Under the pieces are notes generated by a model. That model saw nothing but the letters and a program-made list of their open reading frames with translations, made no database searches and was not told where the DNA came from. The position numbers and the translations under genes were made by a program. 40,132 nt of DNA. It comes from Candidatus Nomurabacteria bacterium (lineage in GTDB: Bacteria > Patescibacteriota > Minisyncoccia > Phycocordibacterales > UBA918). The stretch is from assembly GCA_020632075.1 (NCBI GenBank), contig JACKGH010000001.1:1-40132 (forward strand), read 5' to 3'. Below are positions 1 through 8,375 of the stretch, piece by piece (position 1 is the first letter of the stretch; every line of letters begins with the position of its first letter).

Positions 1-84
1 GACAGACTCCTTATTTGCTGACAGAACTAATTACTTTATACCATATTTTACATAAAAAAGCAAGTAATCTGGGGATAACTCAGG

Positions 85-120
85 CACGAAAAAGCCGGGC
101 GGATGCCCGGCTTTTTCGTG
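85..120. terminator. bidirectional intrinsic terminator hairpin downstream of rpsA
   Basis: Perfect 16-bp inverted repeat CACGAAAAAGCCGGGC-ggat-GCCCGGCTTTTTCGTG, with an A-run and a T-run inside the arms. It lies 21 nt past the rpsA stop. Confidence 0.75.
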
Positions 121-140
121 CCCTTCATTCGCGAGAATGA

Positions 141-1256
141 TTAGCTATTAGCTTCCTTGTATGAAAGCGTCATCTTCTGTTCTGATGGTTCAAAGAGTGT
201 GATCTTGAACTTGTAGACAGAACCAAGTGAGAGAGCAGCCTTGAGTGCTTCTTCATTTTCAAACTCAGAAACGTGTACGAGACCTGCCACGCCTTCTTCG
301 ATAGAAGCCAGTGCTCCGTGCTTGTTGTACTTGATCACAACTGCATCTACTACCTGATCTTTCTTGTAGCTCTTACCTGCAGTTACCCATGGGTTTTCCT
401 TGAGCTGCTTGATCGAGAGTGAGATCTTGTCGTCCTTCACTTCGATAACCTTCACGCTTACCTTGTCACCTACCTTGTAGAGTGCTTTAGTGTCTTCAAC
501 GAGACCCCAGTCGAGTTCAGAAATGTGTACAAGACCTTCGAGTCCTGGTTCAAGCTTCACGAATACACCGAAGTCTACTGCGCCGGTTACTTCACCTTCG
601 ACAACGTTTCCGACTTCGTACTTGTTTACCTTTTCTTCCTTCTCCTGCTTTTCTTCAAGTCCCTTCTCAGAGAAGATGAGCTTGTGCTCCTTCGGATCAG
701 CAGTGATCATTACTACATTGAGGTGCTTACCAACGAGCTCGTTGAGGGCGGTAAGGATCTTGTCCTTGTCGCCGTCTGAGACGCGTGGGTAATTTTCAGC
801 TGAGAGCTGTGACGCTGGAAGGAATCCCTGGATACCCTGCCAGTCGATGATAAGTCCACCCTTGTTGGCTTCCTTTACTTCGAGGCTGAGGATAGTGCCG
901 TTCTTCACTGCAGCTTCCGCATCAGCCCAGATGAGTGCCTGACGAGCTTCCTTGAGTGAAAGTTCGATGTAGCCATCTTCGTTGTCGGTAGTTACTACCT
1001 TTGCGTCGATGCTGTCGCCAACATTGACTTTACGAAGAATATCGCGAGCATTCATGTACTCACGTCCAAAAATAAGACCAGTACCAAACGGTGCAATGTC
1101 GATGTAGACACGAGCCCGTCCGATCGCTGATACCACACCAGAAACGATCTCACCGTCCTGTGGTGCGGCTGGTGTTTCGGCCAAGTACTTGTCCATCACA
1201 CCGGTTGCAACAGCAGTATTAGAATCGCTGTCGCTAGATTTACCAAATCCAAACAT
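141..1256 (-). CDS. rpsA: 30S ribosomal protein S1 (short, about four S1 domains)
   Basis: 371-aa ORF with repeated S1/OB motifs (G.VV.G.V..I...GV.V.L..G..G..H.SE). No SD upstream. Confidence 0.9.
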   Translation of the reverse strand: MFGFGKSSDSDSNTAVATGVMDKYLAETPAAPQDGEIVSGVVSAIGRARVYIDIAPFGTGLIFGREYMNARDILRKVNVGDSIDAKVVTTDNEDGYIELSLKEARQALIWADAEAAVKNGTILSLEVKEANKGGLIIDWQGIQGFLPASQLSAENYPRVSDGDKDKILTALNELVGKHLNVVMITADPKEHKLIFSEKGLEEKQEKEEKVNKYEVGNVVEGEVTGAVDFGVFVKLEPGLEGLVHISELDWGLVEDTKALYKVGDKVSVKVIEVKDDKISLSIKQLKENPWVTAGKSYKKDQVVDAVVIKYNKHGALASIEEGVAGLVHVSEFENEEALKAALSLGSVYKFKITLFEPSEQKMTLSYKEANS

Positions 1257-1307
1257 TTTATTTTGTTGTTATTTCCGACGACACGCGTCTCTGCAACCTT
1301 GTCTCGA

Positions 1308-1336
1308 GGCGGGAAATTGCTTCGCAATTTCCCGCC
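1308..1336 (-). promoter_or_regulatory. strong hairpin in the rpsA 5' leader (no U-run, so not a classical terminator)
   Basis: GGCGGGAAATTGC-ttc-GCAATTTCCCGCC, 13-bp stem, about 50-80 nt upstream of the rpsA ATG. It shares a 21-nt core with the terminator hairpin at 18982-19010. Confidence 0.4.
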
Positions 1337-1444
1337 GGCCATACCCATATGCAGAGGGTTAAACGTGTGCCGCTAGAAGCTATTAATTACCTTACGGTCG
1401 GAGCAATATAATATAGAAAGTAAAAAATGTCGATAGTTTTGGCA

Positions 1445-1488
1445 TGAAAATGAAAAGCGGCATGTTTGCATCCAAGCAAACATGCCGC
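1445..1488 (-). terminator. intrinsic terminator of the 125-aa orphan gene
   Basis: Minus strand reads GCGGCATGTTTGC-ttggat-GCAAACATGCCGC followed by TTTTCATTTTC. Confidence 0.6.
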
Positions 1489-1525
1489 AGTAGGGGAGAG
1501 GGTTATTTTTTACGGACTGGCTATC

Positions 1526-1903
1526 CTAGCCGGTCCAGACGCCGGTCTGTTCGAAGATCTCTTCAGCCCGGCGGTTGCCGAGCGGCGCTTCGAACTGTTG
1601 GTCGTTCACGAACATGCGATAGCAGTCGTGACGGTAATCACGGTGACCGTGGTATACCGGCTCGTAGTCGGGCCAGTCGCCAAGGCTGTCTTCCGGCAGG
1701 CCCCTGACCTGGAAGCCTGGAAGCAGCATGTCATCGCTGATCTCATCGATCGGGATGAAGTCGCTGTCGAGCAGGTCCATTCCGGTCAGGGTGCCGTCGT
1801 CGAGCTCCTCCAGCAGGGTGGAGAAGTCAGTGATCCGGCCGGGGCCGAATCCAACTGCCGAGCCGATCTGGGTGCCGAAGGTGTTGATTGCCGTGTCACA
1901 CAT
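1526..1903 (-). CDS. hypothetical acidic protein, 125 aa (GC-rich orphan cassette 1)
   Basis: Start chosen at the internal ATG (1903), preceded by AAGGGAGA 8 nt upstream. Own promoter and terminator. The protein is rich in Asp and Glu. No family recognised. Confidence 0.55.
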   Translation of the reverse strand: MCDTAINTFGTQIGSAVGFGPGRITDFSTLLEELDDGTLTGMDLLDSDFIPIDEISDDMLLPGFQVRGLPEDSLGDWPDYEPVYHGHRDYRHDCYRMFVNDQQFEAPLGNRRAEEIFEQTGVWTG

Positions 1904-1956
1904 TGTTGTGTCTCCCTTTTGCTTGTGGTTGGAACTGAGTAACAATTACGTTTATT

Positions 1957-1985
1957 ATAATAGCACAAAAATATTAAAAAGTCAA
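1957..1985 (-). promoter_or_regulatory. sigma70-type promoter of cassette 1
   Basis: Minus strand reads TTGACT-17 nt-TATTAT with TGC immediately before the -10. Nearly the same layout as the promoter at 12833-12861. Confidence 0.5.
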
Positions 1986-2000
1986 TATATTTACGTATGA

Positions 2001-2032
2001 AAAGAGGGGCTGCCATAACGATGGTCAGCCCC
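2001..2032 (-). terminator. intrinsic terminator of cassette 2
   Basis: Minus strand reads GGGGCTG-13 nt loop-CAGCCCC followed by TCTTTTC. Confidence 0.55.
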
Positions 2033-2079
2033 TGTCCGGAGAGATTTATAGTGACCGTACCTACGGCCAGTTGTGTTGT

Positions 2080-2439
2080 TTACGCATTGCTGCATTTCGC
2101 ATTCTGCGTAATCTCCTTTGGTTTTCCCGGTGCACTATGCTCCGGGCGCCATTTGATGTCGCTGCGCTGGCGTTGGGCGCTCATTCGGAATCGAATGGTC
2201 TCATCGGGTAGCCCCCGCGGCGTGTTGTCGGTGAAGAACATGTCGCATGTCGCTTCGGACGTATCGGTACGTGCGAAGCTATACATGGACTCCTTTGTTG
2301 CTGCGTACGGCACCAGACTTCCGGCGCCGGCGAGCAGCGGTTGGGGAGAGTTAACGCGCTCTGGCGTTGACGACTGCTCCCTAGTTCGTTCTTCGACTCC
2401 AGCAAGCACCACCCACTTGGCGGTGTTAAAAATCTGCAT
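2080..2439 (-). CDS. hypothetical protein (GC-rich orphan cassette 2), start uncertain: 119 aa from ATG 2439 or 68 aa from ATG 2286
   Basis: The frame is open from 2487. The TTG at 2487 overlaps the -35 box, so it is rejected as a start. ATG 2286 has AAGGAG 3 nt upstream. ATG 2439 has no SD and sits inside a strong stem-loop. Confidence 0.35.
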   Translation of the reverse strand: MQIFNTAKWVVLAGVEERTREQSSTPERVNSPQPLLAGAGSLVPYAATKESMYSFARTDTSEATCDMFFTDNTPRGLPDETIRFRMSAQRQRSDIKWRPEHSAPGKPKEITQNAKCSNA

Positions 2440-2453
2440 GGAGTGGAACGAAC
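2287..2453 (-). promoter_or_regulatory. highly structured 5' leader or ncRNA portion of cassette 2
   Basis: Three stem-loops on the minus-strand RNA. The first is at 2384-2453 (about 14 bp, enclosing the inner hairpin 2407-2425). The second is GAGCAG/CTGCTC (2332-2337 with 2374-2379). The third is CGGCGCCGG-aagt-CTGGTGCCG (2308-2329), which has two G-U pairs that work only on the minus strand. Confidence 0.35.
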
Positions 2454-2459
2454 TGTAAT

Positions 2460-2487
2460 ATCCTAGCATATTTAAAATATTTGTCAA
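2460..2487 (-). promoter_or_regulatory. sigma70-type promoter of cassette 2
   Basis: Minus strand reads TTGACA-16 nt-TAGGAT (TGC before the -10). Confidence 0.45.
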
Positions 2488-2497
2488 GTATTTTAGG

Positions 2498-2598
2498 AAG
2501 CCAAGCTAACCGCCTTCCTCAGACACGGATCAAGTCCTATGCTCAGGCGTTTAGGATACGCCTTCCGCAATGTCTTCCGAAGGCGGTTCGCTTGGCTT
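2498..2598 (+). ncRNA. unclassified structured element, copy 1 of 3 (E1)
   Basis: 20-bp closing stem AAGCCAAGCTAACCGCCTTC / GAAGGCGGTTCGCTTGGCTT (1 mismatch). It encloses the conserved cores GACACGGATCAAGTCCTATGCTC and TCCGCAATGTCTTCC. Located 45 nt upstream of the hydrolase ATG. Confidence 0.4.
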
Positions 2599-2642
2599 TT
2601 AGGTGTGACACATCTTGTGCTTTACCGTATACTTACGCCACT

Positions 2643-3263
2643 ATGGTTATTACGTATCACGGCGGTCAGTGCTTCAAAGTATCCTTTGGTGACACGACCT
2701 TGGCATTCAATCCAATTTCTAAAAAATCTAAGCTTGATCAGGTCAAATTCGGCTCTGACGCAGCGTTTGTGACGCTGTGGCACCCAGATTTCAATGGTGT
2801 TGAGCAAGTCGCTCATGGCGCTAAGCAGCCATTTGTGGTTGATGGTCCTGGTGAGTACGAGATCGGTCAGGTGGTAGCACATGGTTTTGGAGTGAAAACC
2901 ACCTACGCCAAACAGGAAGCGTACAATACGATCTACCAGGTGAAGCTCGAAGATATCAATATGCTTTTCCTCGGCGCATTGAGTGATCCAGAGATCGACC
3001 CAAAGATCCTTGGTGAGATCGGTGACATCGATATTTTATTCTTGCCGATCGGCGGCGGCGATGTACTTGAGGCTCCGCAGGCGTCGAAACTGGCAGTGAA
3101 GCTTGAGGCGAAGCTCATTATACCAATGCACTATGACGCCGCCGCCCTCAAGGCTTTCCTTAAAGAAGAGAGTTGCGAGTCGCTCAAGCCAGTTGATAAG
3201 CTCACACTCAAAAAGAAAGATGTACATGCCATGTCAGGGGATGTGGCAGTGCTAAAGGTGTAA
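2643..3263 (+). CDS. metal-dependent hydrolase, MBL-fold (UPF0173-like), 206 aa
   Basis: The N-terminus MVITYHGGQCFKV is typical of this family. The upstream 54 codons of the tracked ORF overlap E1 and a divergent promoter, so they were trimmed. Confidence 0.7.
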   Translation: MVITYHGGQCFKVSFGDTTLAFNPISKKSKLDQVKFGSDAAFVTLWHPDFNGVEQVAHGAKQPFVVDGPGEYEIGQVVAHGFGVKTTYAKQEAYNTIYQVKLEDINMLFLGALSDPEIDPKILGEIGDIDILFLPIGGGDVLEAPQASKLAVKLEAKLIIPMHYDAAALKAFLKEESCESLKPVDKLTLKKKDVHAMSGDVAVLKV

Positions 3264-3268
3264 AGCAC

Positions 3269-3730
3269 ATGATCAAATCGTTCCTTAGATACTTACGACG
3301 TCAACCAAAATCAGCGAGAGATAACATCGCACTTGGTTTTGCTGGTTTGTTCACGGCAGCGATCTTCATGATCTGGCTGGCAAATGCCCCAGCACGATCA
3401 GCAGCGATCGCCGAACGAATGAATGGAGGGGATGATGGTCCTGGTTTTGGAAATCTATTCAGTCAGATCGGAGATCAAGTGTCGGGAGCGAAGGAGGCGG
3501 TCAAAGAGACAGTTGAGTCGTCAGATGAATCTGAGCCTGAGTCTGATTTTGTGTACTACCAGCGAAATGGAGCTGCTGCAGCCCCGACTGTTCCTAGCAG
3601 CACTTCTACCAGCACTGCCACTACTTCGACCTCAACCATTCCTGGTGCACAAACTGAAGAGCGAGTGGTGCGACTTGTTACCACCACCCCCACCACTTCG
3701 ACCAGTACATATAGCCAACAAACACAGTAG
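3269..3730 (+). CDS. hypothetical membrane-anchored protein with a Ser/Thr-rich C-terminus
   Basis: 153-aa ORF with one N-terminal hydrophobic helix and a low-complexity TSTS tail. Starts 6 nt after the preceding stop. Confidence 0.55.
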   Translation: MIKSFLRYLRRQPKSARDNIALGFAGLFTAAIFMIWLANAPARSAAIAERMNGGDDGPGFGNLFSQIGDQVSGAKEAVKETVESSDESEPESDFVYYQRNGAAAAPTVPSSTSTSTATTSTSTIPGAQTEERVVRLVTTTPTTSTSTYSQQTQ

Positions 3731-3779
3731 TTTTGTGCTATACTACAGCACATTTTATTGATTTCTGAACTAGTTTACT

Positions 3780-6251
3780 ATGCCGAAAAAGACCCAAGCT
3801 CCTGAGCCTGCAGAGGTGAATCATGGAAAGATCATCAGCCAGAGTATTACTGGTGAGATGGAAACAGCGTATCTCGACTATGCGATGTCGGTGATCACGC
3901 AGCGTGCGCTCCCAGATGTGCGTGATGGTCTGAAGCCAGTGCATCGACGTATCTTGTACTCAATGCGTCTCAATGGTCTGACTTCAACCGCAAAATTCCG
4001 TAAGTCTGCGACGGTAGTTGGAGACGTGCTTGGTAGTTTTCATCCGCACGGTGACACGGCAGTGTATGACTCAATGGTGAAGTTGGCACAGCCATTCACG
4101 ACACGCTACCCACTCGTGATCGGTCAAGGAAACTTTGGTTCGATCGATGGTGACTCGCCAGCTGCGTACCGATACACTGAGGCTAAGATGTCCAAGATGT
4201 CAGAAGAAATGCTTCGTGATCTTGAAAAAGACACAGTAGATTGGCGACCAAACTTTGACGGTACCAAGAAAGAGCCAACCGTGCTTCCAGCAGCAGTACC
4301 GAACCTACTCCTTAAAGGTGAGTTGGGTATCGCGGTGGGTATGGCGACCAACATCCCGCCACATAACCTCCGTGAAGTGGCTGATGCGACCGCACATCTT
4401 ATTGATAACCCTAAGGCCTCTACCGATGACCTGTTGAAGTTCATTCAGGGGCCAGATTTCCCGATGGGCGCGATCGCGTTTGATAAAAAGGCTATTGCAC
4501 AAGCGTACGCTAACGGCCGTGGTGGTGTGGTGGTACGTGGTGAAGCAGAGATCGTAGAAGACAAGCGTGGTGCATTTTCGATCGTGATCACTTCAATCCC
4601 ATTTCGCGTCAACAAGGCAGACATGCAGGAAAAGATCGCTAATCTCGTGCGTGAAAAGAAGATCGAAGGTATCAAGGAAATGCGCGACGAATCAACCGAC
4701 GATATCCGGGTGGTGATCGACCTCAAGACTGGTGCGCAGCCACAGACAGTCCTCAATAAGCTCTACAAGCACACACAGCTCGAAGAAACGTTCCACTACA
4801 ACATGGTGGCGCTCGTTGACGGTGTGCCACAGACGTTGTCACTCAAGGCGATTCTTGAAGAGTACATCAAGCACCGCGCTGAAGTGGTTCGCCGTCGCAC
4901 GCAGTATGATTTAAATAAAGCTAAAGACCGAGAGCATATCTTGCTTGGTCTGAAGAAAGCCCTCGACCACATTGATGCGATCATCAAACTGATCCGCGCG
5001 TCTGCAGATGTACCGACCGCTCATGCAGGACTCATGAAGAAGTTTAAGTTTTCAGCGATCCAGGCGCAGGCTATTCTCGATATGCGTCTCCAGAAGCTTG
5101 CTGGACTTGAGCGCAAGAAGATCGAAGATGAACTAAAGATGATCCAGAAGCTCATCAAGGAGCTTGAAGCGATTTTGGCAAGCAAGGCCAAAATGATGAA
5201 GATCGTAAAAACCGAACTGCTTGATATTGCTGAGAAGTTTGGTGATGATCGTCGCACCAAGATCGTGAAAGGTGGCGTAAAGCAGCTCTCACAGGAAGAT
5301 CTTGTGCCTGACGAGGAGTCGGTGCTTGTGCTCACTAAGGGAGGGTACGTAAAGCGTACTAATCCAACTGAATACAAAACACAAAAGCGTGGTGGTGTTG
5401 GTGTGGTTGATCTCAATACCAAGGAGGAGGATGTGGTAACCACACTGCTTACAACGTCTGCACATAGCGATCTCTTATTCTTTACTGACTTTGGTAAGGT
5501 GTATCAGTGCAAGATGTTTGAGATTCCAGAGGGGCGTCGTGCTACGAAGGGTAAGTCGATCATGAACTTCCTTTCGCTCACTGCTGATGAACGAGTAACT
5601 TCTGTGCTTGCAGTTCGTAAGGAAGACTGGGAAGGTGATTGGTCGCTTATGATGATTACTAAGAATGGTGTGGCTAAGAAGAGTGATGCTGCAGCCTTCA
5701 AGGACGTGCGTCGCTCTGGTCTCATTGCTATTACTCTTAAAGATGACGACTCTCTTATCGATGCAATGTTTGTGGGAGCGAAGGATGAAGTGTCGCTTAT
5801 CACTGAGAAGGGTCAGGCGATCCGCTTCAAGGAGTCTGATGTGCGTCAGATGGGTCGTACCGCGGCTGGTGTGGCTGCCATGAAGCTAAGTAAGGGCGAC
5901 AAGATCGTTTCGGCCGATGTGCTCACAGCTGGTGCAAAAGACCGCGAAGTGCTCGTGGTGACCGAACATGGATTTGGAAAGACGACTCCGGCCAAGGAAT
6001 ACAAGGTGCAAAATCGTGGTGGTTCTGGTATCAAAACTGCAAAGGTGACTGACAAGACTGGTGTGATCGTGCGCGGTCTGGTGTTGACGGGAGAAGAACG
6101 AGAAGAAGGTGAGCTTGTGATCATGAGTAAGAAGGGGCAGGTGATCAAGCTTCCTTTGAAGCAGGTACCGACACTCGGGCGCGATACACAGGGAGTGCGT
6201 GTGATGAAGATGCGAGCAGGAGATAGTATCGCGAGTGTGGTGTTTGTTTAA
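3780..6251 (+). CDS. gyrA: DNA gyrase subunit A
   Basis: 823 aa. Has the active-site motif [10 protein letters not shown] and the C-terminal beta-pinwheel repeats. Confidence 0.97.
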   Translation: MPKKTQAPEPAEVNHGKIISQSITGEMETAYLDYAMSVITQRALPDVRDGLKPVHRRILYSMRLNGLTSTAKFRKSATVVGDVLGSFHPHGDTAVYDSMVKLAQPFTTRYPLVIGQGNFGSIDGDSPAAYRYTEAKMSKMSEEMLRDLEKDTVDWRPNFDGTKKEPTVLPAAVPNLLLKGELGIAVGMATNIPPHNLREVADATAHLIDNPKASTDDLLKFIQGPDFPMGAIAFDKKAIAQAYANGRGGVVVRGEAEIVEDKRGAFSIVITSIPFRVNKADMQEKIANLVREKKIEGIKEMRDESTDDIRVVIDLKTGAQPQTVLNKLYKHTQLEETFHYNMVALVDGVPQTLSLKAILEEYIKHRAEVVRRRTQYDLNKAKDREHILLGLKKALDHIDAIIKLIRASADVPTAHAGLMKKFKFSAIQAQAILDMRLQKLAGLERKKIEDELKMIQKLIKELEAILASKAKMMKIVKTELLDIAEKFGDDRRTKIVKGGVKQLSQEDLVPDEESVLVLTKGGYVKRTNPTEYKTQKRGGVGVVDLNTKEEDVVTTLLTTSAHSDLLFFTDFGKVYQCKMFEIPEGRRATKGKSIMNFLSLTADERVTSVLAVRKEDWEGDWSLMMITKNGVAKKSDAAAFKDVRRSGLIAITLKDDDSLIDAMFVGAKDEVSLITEKGQAIRFKESDVRQMGRTAAGVAAMKLSKGDKIVSADVLTAGAKDREVLVVTEHGFGKTTPAKEYKVQNRGGSGIKTAKVTDKTGVIVRGLVLTGEEREEGELVIMSKKGQVIKLPLKQVPTLGRDTQGVRVMKMRAGDSIASVVFV

Positions 6252-6263
6252 GGTGATATTTTC

Positions 6264-6394
6264 AGAAAGACGAAACTGTCTTTAGGCACGAATCAAGTTC
6301 TCCACTCGGCAGACGACGGTCGCGTGTCAAGAGCCCTGGCGGGTCGTTGACACGCAACCGGCCTCCGCGAGGTCTTCAGAAAGTTTGTCTTTCT
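6264..6394 (+). ncRNA. unclassified structured element, copy 2 of 3 (E2)
   Basis: Closing stem AGAAAGACGAAAC... / ...GTTTGTCTTTCT (includes a G-T pair valid only on the plus strand). Cores GGCACGAATCAAGTTCTCCACTC and TCCGCGAGGTCTTC. Inner 9-bp hairpin GCGTGTCAA/TTGACACGC. Sits between the gyrA stop and a terminator. Confidence 0.4.
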
Positions 6395-6420
6395 TCCACT
6401 GAGTTCGAATAATAGTTATG

Positions 6421-6453
6421 AAAAGCGGCGCGGGGCCCTTCGCGCCGCTTTTC
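6421..6453 (+). terminator. intrinsic terminator after gyrA and E2
   Basis: AGCGGCGCG-gggccctt-CGCGCCGCT followed by TTT. Confidence 0.7.
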
Positions 6454-6485
6454 ACATTCTCCGGTATTTACCTTTGTAACTAATG

Positions 6486-6498
6486 TATAATAAAACCA
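6486..6498 (+). promoter_or_regulatory. -10 box placed for a leaderless transcript of the methyltransferase gene
   Basis: TATAAT, then 7 nt, then ATG (6499). No SD. Confidence 0.4.
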
Positions 6499-7044
6499 AT
6501 GAATCTAATCGGTGGACAATTTGTGATACCTGAAGTGGTATCATCGCATTTTCATTTAAAAGAAGGTGATCTGGTGGCAGATTTTGGAGCGGGAAGCGGC
6601 TTCTTTCTTAGTCCGCTTTCAAAAGCAGTCGGTGATACCGGTCGAGTCTTTGCGTGCGAGATCCAAAAACAGTTGGTAGAGAAGTTGGGTGAAACCGCAC
6701 AGGCACAAGGATTGTCAAATATTCACCCACTTTGGTGTGATCTGGAGGAACCAAATGGTATTAAGATCAGTACCGGAGAACTTGATGCTGCAATACTGGT
6801 GAATACCCTCTTCATTCTCGAAGATAAAGCCGCCGCACTGACTGAAATGGCACGTACGATCCGGAGTGGGGGTAAATTCTTTATCATCGACTGGACTGAA
6901 TCATTTGCCGGTATGGGACCACAGCCAGGACAAGTAGTCACTGCAGCTGATGCAACTGCGTTACTTGAAAGTCATGGGTTTGTGTTTGAGCATGATTTCC
7001 CGACCGGTGACCATCATTATGGTTTAGCGTTCCGTAAGGTATGA
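6499..7044 (+). CDS. class I SAM-dependent methyltransferase
   Basis: 181 aa with the SAM motif I VADFGAGSGFF. Its stop overlaps the next start (ATGA). Confidence 0.8.
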   Translation: MNLIGGQFVIPEVVSSHFHLKEGDLVADFGAGSGFFLSPLSKAVGDTGRVFACEIQKQLVEKLGETAQAQGLSNIHPLWCDLEEPNGIKISTGELDAAILVNTLFILEDKAAALTEMARTIRSGGKFFIIDWTESFAGMGPQPGQVVTAADATALLESHGFVFEHDFPTGDHHYGLAFRKV

Positions 7045-8357
7045 AACTCCGACCATTTGAACTAGGCTTGGTCATCGTTTTCGCTGGTCTGGCGATCGGT
7101 GCTCTGATCTTGCTGACCTCGTACAAGGGTGATGGTGATGACCCAGATGGGCCGGTTGATGTAGGTACTGTTGAGATCTGGGGCACTTTGCCAGCAGAGG
7201 GCATCAATGCATTATTGGGTGAGCTGACTAGTGATATTGAGGAGTATCGGTATGTGTCGTATACACACTTCACTCCAGAAGCATTTGATCAAAAACTACT
7301 TACCGCATTGGCTGATGGGGTAGGTCCAGATCTTATTTTGGTTTCTCATGAGAAGTTGGCAGAAATGCGAGGTCGAATCCAGCCTATACCATATGAGGGA
7401 GAGGGGTTGATCTTCCCGCTGCGGGATATTCGTGACCAATACTTGGAGGGGGCACAGATCTTTGCTTTGTCAGACGGGCTGTACGGCTATCCGATCGCAG
7501 TTGACCCACTAATGATGTATTGGAATCGAGACATTCTGGCGACAGAAGGATTCCTGACACAGCCGCAAACGTGGGAAAACCTAGTCAATACAGTCTTACC
7601 TCGCTTAGTCAAACGAGACTTTGATCGTACGATTGAACGGAGTGTGGTGGCAATGGGCGAATACCAGAATATTAGAAACGCATTCGGTATCATATCTATG
7701 TTGTTGATTCAGGGTGGAACCTCTGGTGTGGTTGAAGATGGAGGTCGGTACAGCATCCAGTTACAAAATTCACCAGGCAGTTTGGTGAACCCTCTGGAAC
7801 AAACGGTCGACTTCTACACGCGTTTCAGTAAACCAAACAACAGTTGGTATTCATGGAATCGTTCTTTTGGTGAGGATCGTCAGCAGTTTGTCGCTGAAGA
7901 TCTGGTGTTGTACTTTGGGTATGGTAGCGAGGCTCCAGTTATCGGGCGTATTAATCCAAATCTCAACTTTGATATTGCTGAAGTGCCACAAGGGGAAGCT
8001 GCGACCGTGCGTCGAACCTACGGTAAGTTCTATGCTTTATCGCTACTGAAATCAACTGACAATTTGAGTGGTGCGTACCAGGTTTGGCAACATCTTGGAC
8101 AGCCTGATCTCTCAGCGCGGATAGCGTTGGCGAGTAATATGGTCCCGGCGTATCGCAGTCTTGTTGCAGCGGGCAGTAATGACACGTACGGTAGAGTTAC
8201 GTATCAGTCTGCTTCGATCGCATATGGCTGGTTGAACCCTGACCTCGATCAAGCAGATAAGATTCTTGAGACCATGGTGGAAGATGTGAATGAGAATCGG
8301 TACAGTTTCTCGTCGGCTGCATCTGACGCATCAGCCAGATTACAACAAGCGTTCTGA
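7041..8357 (+). CDS. membrane-anchored extracellular solute-binding-like protein (no ABC permease or ATPase nearby)
   Basis: 438 aa with an N-terminal TM helix. Overall resemblance to family-1 sugar-binding proteins, judged by eye only. Confidence 0.5.
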   Translation: MKLRPFELGLVIVFAGLAIGALILLTSYKGDGDDPDGPVDVGTVEIWGTLPAEGINALLGELTSDIEEYRYVSYTHFTPEAFDQKLLTALADGVGPDLILVSHEKLAEMRGRIQPIPYEGEGLIFPLRDIRDQYLEGAQIFALSDGLYGYPIAVDPLMMYWNRDILATEGFLTQPQTWENLVNTVLPRLVKRDFDRTIERSVVAMGEYQNIRNAFGIISMLLIQGGTSGVVEDGGRYSIQLQNSPGSLVNPLEQTVDFYTRFSKPNNSWYSWNRSFGEDRQQFVAEDLVLYFGYGSEAPVIGRINPNLNFDIAEVPQGEAATVRRTYGKFYALSLLKSTDNLSGAYQVWQHLGQPDLSARIALASNMVPAYRSLVAAGSNDTYGRVTYQSASIAYGWLNPDLDQADKILETMVEDVNENRYSFSSAASDASARLQQAF

Positions 8358-8375
8358 TATACTTAAAACAAACGT

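Noticed and set aside
490-792. Plus-strand ORFs of 100 aa and 84 aa inside rpsA. Many similar antisense ORFs occur inside gyrA, clpB, infB, topA and rel (for example 5021-5443, 24389-24928, 20784-21230 and 39156-39560).
   Set aside because: They lie entirely within, and antisense or out of frame to, long conserved genes. Their composition is low-complexity Ser/Arg/Leu-rich and they have no start signals. They are shadow ORFs.
1466-1942. 158-aa plus-strand ORF overlapping the acidic 125-aa gene.
   Set aside because: It has the Val/Ala/Leu-rich composition typical of an antisense translation of an acidic gene. It has no promoter, SD or terminator on the plus strand, whereas the minus-strand ORF has all three.
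2000-2460. The GC-rich, multi-frame-open, promoter-to-terminator unit might be RNase P RNA, tmRNA, SRP RNA or 6S RNA.
   Set aside because: I could not find the universal motifs: GAGGAAAGTCC or ACAGAA.CCGGCTTA for RNase P, the GGGGCTGA...tag...TCCACCA architecture for tmRNA, or GGAAGCAGCC-type SRP domain IV. It is left as a structured leader of unknown type.
2498-2598. E1/E2/E3 as integron attC sites or MITEs.
   Set aside because: The stem termini do not carry RYYYAAC/GTTRRRY cores consistently (E3 has none). The terminal stems differ completely in sequence between copies, the opposite of MITE terminal inverted repeats. No integron integrase is present.
2481-2642. 54-codon N-terminal extension of the MBL-hydrolase ORF in the track.
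   Set aside because: The extension overlaps the divergent promoter and the E1 structured element and reads as Arg/Cys/Leu-rich junk. The family-typical N-terminus MVITYHGG starts at 2643.
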